The notes beneath the pieces are model-generated. The model made no database searches. It was given only the letters and a program-made list of their open reading frames with translations, and had not been told where the DNA came from. DNA of 64,000 bases from Squalus acanthias. Taxonomy: Eukaryota. The translations under genes were made by a program, and so were the position numbers. The stretch lies in contig CM059432.1 of the NCBI GenBank assembly GCA_030390025.1, positions 8,184,001 through 8,248,000 on the forward strand. The letters are read 5' to 3'. Every line of letters starts with the position of its first letter. Position 1 is the stretch's first letter. Positions 57,626 through 64,000 of this stretch are shown in pieces.

Positions 57626-58719
57626 AACTTTGCTGTTCTTTGCCAGGGCCGGAAGAATTATATCCGAGGCTAATAAAAGAAGCAAGGGAGGAAATTGCGA
57701 AGGCTCTGACCATCATTTTTCAATCCTCTCTGGCTACAAGAGTGGTCATGATGCGGAGATGGACTGGGGTGGACAAAATTGAGAGGTCGCACAACACCAG
57801 GTTATAGTCCAACAGTTTTATTTGAAATCACAAGCTTTCGGAGCTATCGATTGCCCCTTCCTCAGGTGAAGTAAATAGATACAGAATCGCCAAAGCATAT
57901 ATAGATAGAGAACAAAGCATGTGTACCTTACAATTGCAGACCACTAAATTAAATCATCCTGACTATCTGCCGAGGTGTGATAAAGTTAATCAGGTCAGCC
58001 AGGAAGGTACCACATCAAAGACATAGCAAGATACAACTGAGACAATGAGGTGTAGTCGCAGGGGTTCTAACGTGTCAAAAGCTGCCGTCTGTATGTAAAA
58101 CGAAAAGCTTTAAAATTTTTACTTTTTTACTGGGAAAATTTTTACTTTTTTACTGGGAATCACATCTGTGAACAAGCCAACGACGACTCGAGTCCGGATC
58201 ACGTCATGTATCGTGACATAAACCCAAGATCCCGGTTGAGACCGTCTTCATGAGTGCGGAACTTGGCTATCAGTTTCTGCTCGATGATTTTGCGTTGTCG
58301 TGTGTTTCTAAGGTTGCCTTGGAGAACGCTTACCCGCAGATCCGAGGCTGAATGTCCTTGACTGCTGAAGTGTTCCCCGACTGGGAGGTAACAATCCTGC
58401 CTGGCGATTGTTGCGCGGTGCTCGTTCATACGTTGTCTCAGTGTCTGCATGGTCTCGCCGATGTACCATGCCGCGGTGCATTCTTTCCTGCAACGTATGA
58501 GGTAGACAACGTTGGCCGAGTCACATGAGTATGTACCATGTACCTGGTGGTTAGTGTCCTCACGTGTGATGGTGGTATCTGTGTTGATGATCTGGCATGT
58601 CTTGCAGAGTTTGCCGTGGCAGGGTTGTGTGGTGTCGTGGTCGCTGTTATCCTGAAAGCTGGGTAATTTGCTGCGAACGATGGTACTTCTGAGGTTATCT
58701 GTGTTGATGATTTGGCACC

Positions 58720-59828
58720 TCCAGCCAACGCTGTACACCAGATACATCGACGACATTTTCTTCCTTTGGACCCATGGCGAAGGATCACTGAAAAGACTAC
58801 ACGATAACATAAACAAGTTCCATCCCACCATCAAACTCACCATGGACTACTCCTCAGAATCGGTTTCATTCCTGGACACACGAATCTCCATCAAAGACGG
58901 ACACCTCAGCACTTCACGCTACCGCAAGCCCATGGACAACCTCACGATGCTCCACTTCTCCAGCTTCCACCCTAACCATGTTAAAGAAGCCATCCCCTAT
59001 GGACAAGCCCTGCGAATACACAGGATCTGCTCAGACGAGGAGGAACGCGATGGACACCTACGGACGCTGAAAAACGCCCTCGTAAGAACGGGATATGACG
59101 CTCGACTCATCGATCGACAGTTCCGACGGGCCACAGCGAAAAATCGCATAGACCTCCTCAGAAGGCAAACACGGGACACAACCAACAGGGTACCCTACGT
59201 CGTCCAGTACTTCCCCAGAGCGGAGAAACTACGCCATGTTCTTCGCAGCCTTCAACATGTCATCGATGACGACAAACACCTCGCTAAGGCCATCCCCACG
59301 CCTCCACTACTTGCCTTCAAACAGCCACCTAACCTCAGAAGTACCATCGTTCGCAGCAAATTACCCAGCTTTCAGGATAACAGCGACCACGACACCACAC
59401 AACCCTGCCACGGCAAACTCTGCAAGACCTGCCAGATCATCAACACAGATACCACCATCACACGTGAGGACACTAACCACCAGGTACATGGTACATACTC
59501 ATGTGACTCGGCCAACGTTGTCTACCTCATACGTTGCAGGAAAGAATGCACCGCGGCATGGTACATCGGCGAGACCATGCAGACACTGAGACAACGTATG
59601 AACGAGCACCGCGCAACAATCGCCAGGCAGGATTGTTACCTCCCAGTCGGGGAACACTTCAGCAGTCAAGGACATTCAGCCTCGGATCTGCGGGTAAGCG
59701 TTCTCCAAGGCAACCTTAGAAACACACGACAACGCAAAATCATCGAGCAGAAACTGATAGCCAAGTTCCGCACTCATGAAGACGGTCTCAACCGGGATCT
59801 TGGGTTTATGTCACGATACATGACGTGA
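58720..59828 (+). CDS. Penelope RT C-terminal part plus GIY-YIG endonuclease (5'-truncated)
   Basis: RYIDDIF, FLDT, YRKP, then NVVYLIRC...WYIGET...LRQRMNEH...EQKLI...GLN. Confidence 0.9.
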
Positions 59829-60154
59829 TCCGGACTCGAGTCGTCGTTGGCTTGTTCACAGATGTGATTCCCAGTAAAAAAGTAAAAATTTTCCCAGTAA
59901 AAAAGTAAAAATTTTAAAGCTTTTCGTTTTACATACAGACGGCAGCTTTTGACACGTTAGAACCCCTGCGACTACACCTCATTGTCTCAGTTGTATCTTG
60001 CTATGTCTTTGATGTGGTACCTTCTTGGCTGACCTGATTAACTTTATCACACCTCGGCAGATAGTCAGGATGATTTAATTTAGTGGTCTGCAATTGTAAG
60101 GTACACATGCTTTGTTCTCTATCTATATATGCTTTGGCGATTCTGTATCTATTT

Positions 60155-60200
60155 ACTTCACCTGAGGAAGGGGCAATCGATAGCTCCGAAAGCTTGTGAT
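60155..60200 (+). ncRNA. Putative minimal hammerhead ribozyme motif
   Basis: CTGAGGA-A-GGGGC-loop-GCTCC-GAAA-GCTT. Minus-strand copies at ~57830-57870 and ~24841-24876. Confidence 0.55.
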
Positions 60201-60302
60201 TTCAAATAAAACTGTTGGACTATAACCTGGTGTTGTGCGACCTCTCAATTTTGTACAAGAGTGGTGCCAGAGGATTGGAGAACTGCTAACGTTGTACCAT
60301 TG

Positions 60303-63015
60303 GGCATAGTCTTAGAATAAGGGGCTGCTCTTTCAAAACTGAGATGAGAAGGAACTACTTCACTCAGAGGGTGGTAGGTCCATGGAATATGCTGCCCCAA
60401 AAAGCTGTAGAAGCTACATCATTACATAAATTTAAAACAGAAATAGACAGTTTCCTAGAAGTAAAGGGAATTAAGGGTTACGGGGAGCGGGCAGGAATTT
60501 GGACATGAGTCGAGTTTCGGATCGGTCATGGCCCTGTGGGTAGCGGAGCGGGCCCAGGGGCCGTGTAGCCTGATCCTGCTCCTATTTCGTGTGTCCAATT
60601 CTGTTAGGTTCAGGAGATGGTTCTGTGATAGTAGATTGGCGGTTAGGATCAGATCAGCCATGATCTTATTGAATGGCGGAGCAGGCTCGAGGGGCCAATT
60701 GGCCTACTCCTGCTCCTATTTCTTATGTTCTTATGTTCTTATGTTTAAAAAGGGAGGAAGGGATAAACCAAGCAATTACAGGCCAGTTAGTTTAACCTCA
60801 GTGGTGGGCAAATTACTGGAATCAATTCTGAGGAACAGCATAAACCTTCATTTAGAAAGACACAGATTAATCAAGGACAGCCAGCATGGTTTTGTTCAGG
60901 GAAGGTCATGTCTGACTAACTTGATTGAATTCTTTGAGGAGGTAACGAGGAGGGTCGATGAGGGCAGTGCGTTTGATGTAGTCTACATGGTTTTAGCAAG
61001 GCTTTTGAGAAGGTCCCACATGGCAGGCTGATCAAACAAGTACAAGCCCATGGGATCCAAGGGAGAGCGGCAAATTGGATCCAAAATTGGCTCAGTGGCA
61101 GGAAGCAAAGAGTAATGGTTGAGGGGAGTTTTTGTAACCGAAAGGCTATTTCCAGTGGGGTTCCACAGCACTCAGTACTTGGTCCCTTACTTTTTGTGGT
61201 ATATATCAATGATTTAGGCTTAAATGTAGGGGGCATGATAAAGAAATTTGCAGATGATACAAAAATTGGCCGTGTGGTTGACAGTGAGGAGGAAAGCTGT
61301 AGACTGCAGGAAGATATCGATGAACTGGTCAGTTTGGGCAGAAAAGTGGCAAATGGAATTCAATCTGGAAAAGTGTGAGGTAATGCATTTGGGGAGGGGC
61401 AACAAGGCAAGGGAATACACAATTAATGGGAGGATACTGAGAGGTGTGGAGGAACAGAGGGACCTTGGAGTTTATGTCCACAGATCCTTAAAGGTAGCAG
61501 GACAGGTCGATAAAGAGGTTAAAAAGGCATATGGAATGCTTTCCTTTATTAGCCGAGATATAGAATATAAGGGGGTGATTTAGCCAATGGGGAGCTTTTG
61601 GAGGCGGGACTCCCACTTGTCGGGTTTCAGTCCCGCCTCCATCAACTTCTGGCCAACCCACGCTATTTTCCCTTGATTGACCTTGTTAAGCCCGCCCAGC
61701 GGGCTTAGCAGGCCAATTAAGGGAAAGCCGGTTGCAGAGAACATCAACGTATGACGTTTCATCTGTCAAAAATTTTTGACAGATGAATTATCATCGTTTG
61801 ACAGCTCTGTGAAGCTGTCAAACACTGACAATCTCTGTAGTTTGATGAGGTCTTGAATTCAAGACCTCATCAAACCTCTTTCTTTTGCAGAAATGAGATG
61901 GTTGTTGCATTGGAGAATGCAAAGGCCATCTGTCATCTCTACCGCGGAGGGTCCGAGACTCTCCGCATACCCACCGCCTGAAGCCTGCAGGAAGAAACAA
62001 AGTTAAGTACACTTTTACTAACACTTTGCACTTACCTCAGATACTCACCTCTCCACTCTTGCACCCATCACTTACCTTCACGCCACACTTTTGCACCCCC
62101 CCCCCCCCCGACCCCTGCAGACCCAGTACTCGCCTCGCTGACGGGTTTCAGAGCCTTCGGGAAGCCCGCACTTGTGAGGGCAAAAAGGGGATAATCCTAT
62201 TTTCTGCCTGTTAACTACCTGTTAACAGGCAGTTAATAGGCTTTAATCCCTTCCTGCCTCCAAGGAGATGGGACCCGGCGCAGGACGGCTACCCACCTCC
62301 TGGGAAGATGGTATGGAGGCGGGTTGGGCACCCGCTCCCAAATTCTGCCATTTTCTCAGCAGTCCCGCCTCCATACCCGTCTCCCCAGGGCTGGCAAAAT
62401 CGCCCTCTAAGAGCAGGGAAGATATGCTAGAATTGTATACAACACTGGTTAGGCCTCAGCTAGAGTACTGCGTGCAGTTCTGGTCAACACATTACAGGAA
62501 GGATGTGATTGCACTGGAGAGGGTGCAGATGAGATTTACGAGGATGTTGCCAAGACTGGAAAACTTTAGCTATGAGGGAAGATTGGATAGGCTGGGGTTG
62601 TTTTCCTTGGAACAGAGGAGGCTGAGGGGCGGATTTAATTGAGATGTATAAAATTATATGGGGCCTAGATAGAGTGGATAGGAAGGACTTATTTCCCTTA
62701 GCAGAGGGGTCAAGAACCAGGGGCATAGATTTAAAGTAATTGGTAGAATGATTAGGGGAAGATGAGGAATAAATTTTCACCCAGAGGGTGGTGGGAGTCT
62801 GGAACTCACTGCCTGAAAGGGTGGTAGAGGCAGAAACCCTCATCACATTTAAAAAGTACTTGGATGTGCACTTGAAGTGCCGTGACCTACAGGGCTACCA
62901 ACAAAGAGCTGGAAAGTGGGATTAGGCTGGAGAGCTCTTTGTCGGCCGGCGCGGACACGATGGGCGAATGGCCTCCTTCTGTGTCGTAATTTTTCTATGA
63001 TTCTACGATTCCATG
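60303..63015 (+). mobile_element. CR1 fragments (young 3' end 60303-60745; older RT plus 3' end 60745-61570 and 62408-63015)
   Basis: NYRPVSLTS, KFADDTK, LEYCVQFW, and tails (TTCTTATG)n and (TTCTATGA)n. Confidence 0.85.
61571..62407. mobile_element. MITE with TAA TSD (Harbinger-type)
   Basis: TAA|GGGGGTGATTTAGCCA ... TGGCAAAATCGCCCTC|TAA. The CR1 frame EYK|SRE rejoins across it. Confidence 0.8.
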
Positions 63016-63967
63016 ATTCTTCGAAATAGTGCCATGGGATACTTTACGTCCACCTGAGAGAGCAGACGGGGCCTCGGTTTAATGTCTCATCTGAAAGACG
63101 GCACCTCCAACAGTATAGAACCTTGGGGACACTGGAGATAATGGTGGGAAGGTCGGGAATTGGCAGGAGTGACCACTGCATAGTCCTGGTGAAGACCAAG
63201 TCACACCTTCACAATGAGGACCTTCCATCGTGTCATGTGGCACAACCATCGTACTTTTTTTTTCTTTTTTCATTCATGGGATGTGGGCGTCGCTGGCAAG
63301 GCCAGCATTTATTGCCCATCTCTAGTTGCCCTTGAGAAGGTGGTGGTGAGCCGCCTTCGTGACAACTGAATGACTCGCTAGGCCATTTCAGAGGGGCAGT
63401 TAAGAGTCAACCACATTGCTGTGGGTCTGGAGTCACATATAGGCCAGACCGGGTAAGGACGGCAGATTTCCTTCCCTAAAGGACAGATAAGTGGGATAGA
63501 TTAAGAACAAATCTAGCAGCTCAAAACCGGATATCCATGAACTGCTGTGGGCCATCAGCAGCAGCAGAATTGTATTTCACCACAATCTGTAACGCCATGG
63601 CCCGGCATATCCCTCACCCTCCCATTACCATCAGCCTTGGTTCAACGGGATGTGTAGAAGAGCATGTTGGGAGTAGCATCAGGCATAACTAAAAACGAGG
63701 TGCCAACCTGGTGAAGCTACAACACAGGACTACATACATGCTAAACAACGGAAGCAGCATGCTATAGGCAGAGCTAAGTGATCCCACAGCCAACGGATAA
63801 GGTCAAAGCTCTGCAGTCCAGCCACATCCAGTCAGAAAAGGTGGTGGATAATTAAGCGGCTAACGGGAGGAGGAAGCTCCATGAACATCCCCATCCTCAA
63901 TGATGGCATTAATCCAAAAGACAAGACTCACACTTCTGCCATGCAAGCTCAGCCTTGGCTCTGGGTA

Positions 63968-64000
63968 TGATGCGGAGATGCCGGTGTTGGACTGGGGTGG
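63968..64000 (-). mobile_element. Edge of another Penelope-like terminus
   Basis: TGATGCGGAGATGCCGGTGTTGGACTGGGGTGG, identical to ~24751-24783. Confidence 0.65.

Larger units (their letters stand above)
57747..60254 (+). mobile_element. Penelope-like element, 5'-truncated, with inverted 3' duplication
   Basis: TSD ACAAGAGTGGT (57736-57746 and 60255-60265) inside a CR1. Inverted arms at 57773-58696 and 59331-60254. Confidence 0.92.

Noticed and set aside
58199..58843. Separate minus-strand GIY-YIG gene
   Set aside because: It is the inverted duplicate arm of the Penelope ORF, with a chimeric N-terminus.

Overview
Repeat-saturated vertebrate genomic DNA, most likely from a cartilaginous fish (inferred from the CR1, L2, RTE and Penelope retroelements and the Deu-type tRNA SINEs). 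No host gene is certain; there are only two weak candidate exons. Main contents: (1) a nested stack at 1.5-12.8 kb, in which a CR1 is split by a 5'-inverted RTE LINE that itself carries a MITE and a CR1 with an intact ORF2; (2) two full-length ~4.2-kb Harbinger transposons (spliced Myb/SANT gene plus convergent HARBI1-type transposase) and several 3-bp-TSD MITEs; (3) a young 9.3-kb LTR element (42515-51800, minus strand, 1.63-kb LTRs, GATG TSD, tRNA-Arg PBS, PPT) with no recognisable pol; (4) a 3.8-kb 19-bp purine-rich minisatellite; (5) a Penelope element with a 924-bp inverted arm and hammerhead-like motifs. The LTR element is the most unusual object. Its gag carries PSAP/PPxY late domains and ends in a UGA-CUAG readthrough context, in frame with a non-enzymatic ORF that repeats the Gag coiled coil. 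An intact env-like gene follows, with an Ig-like domain and a long F-protein-like post-cleavage subunit.
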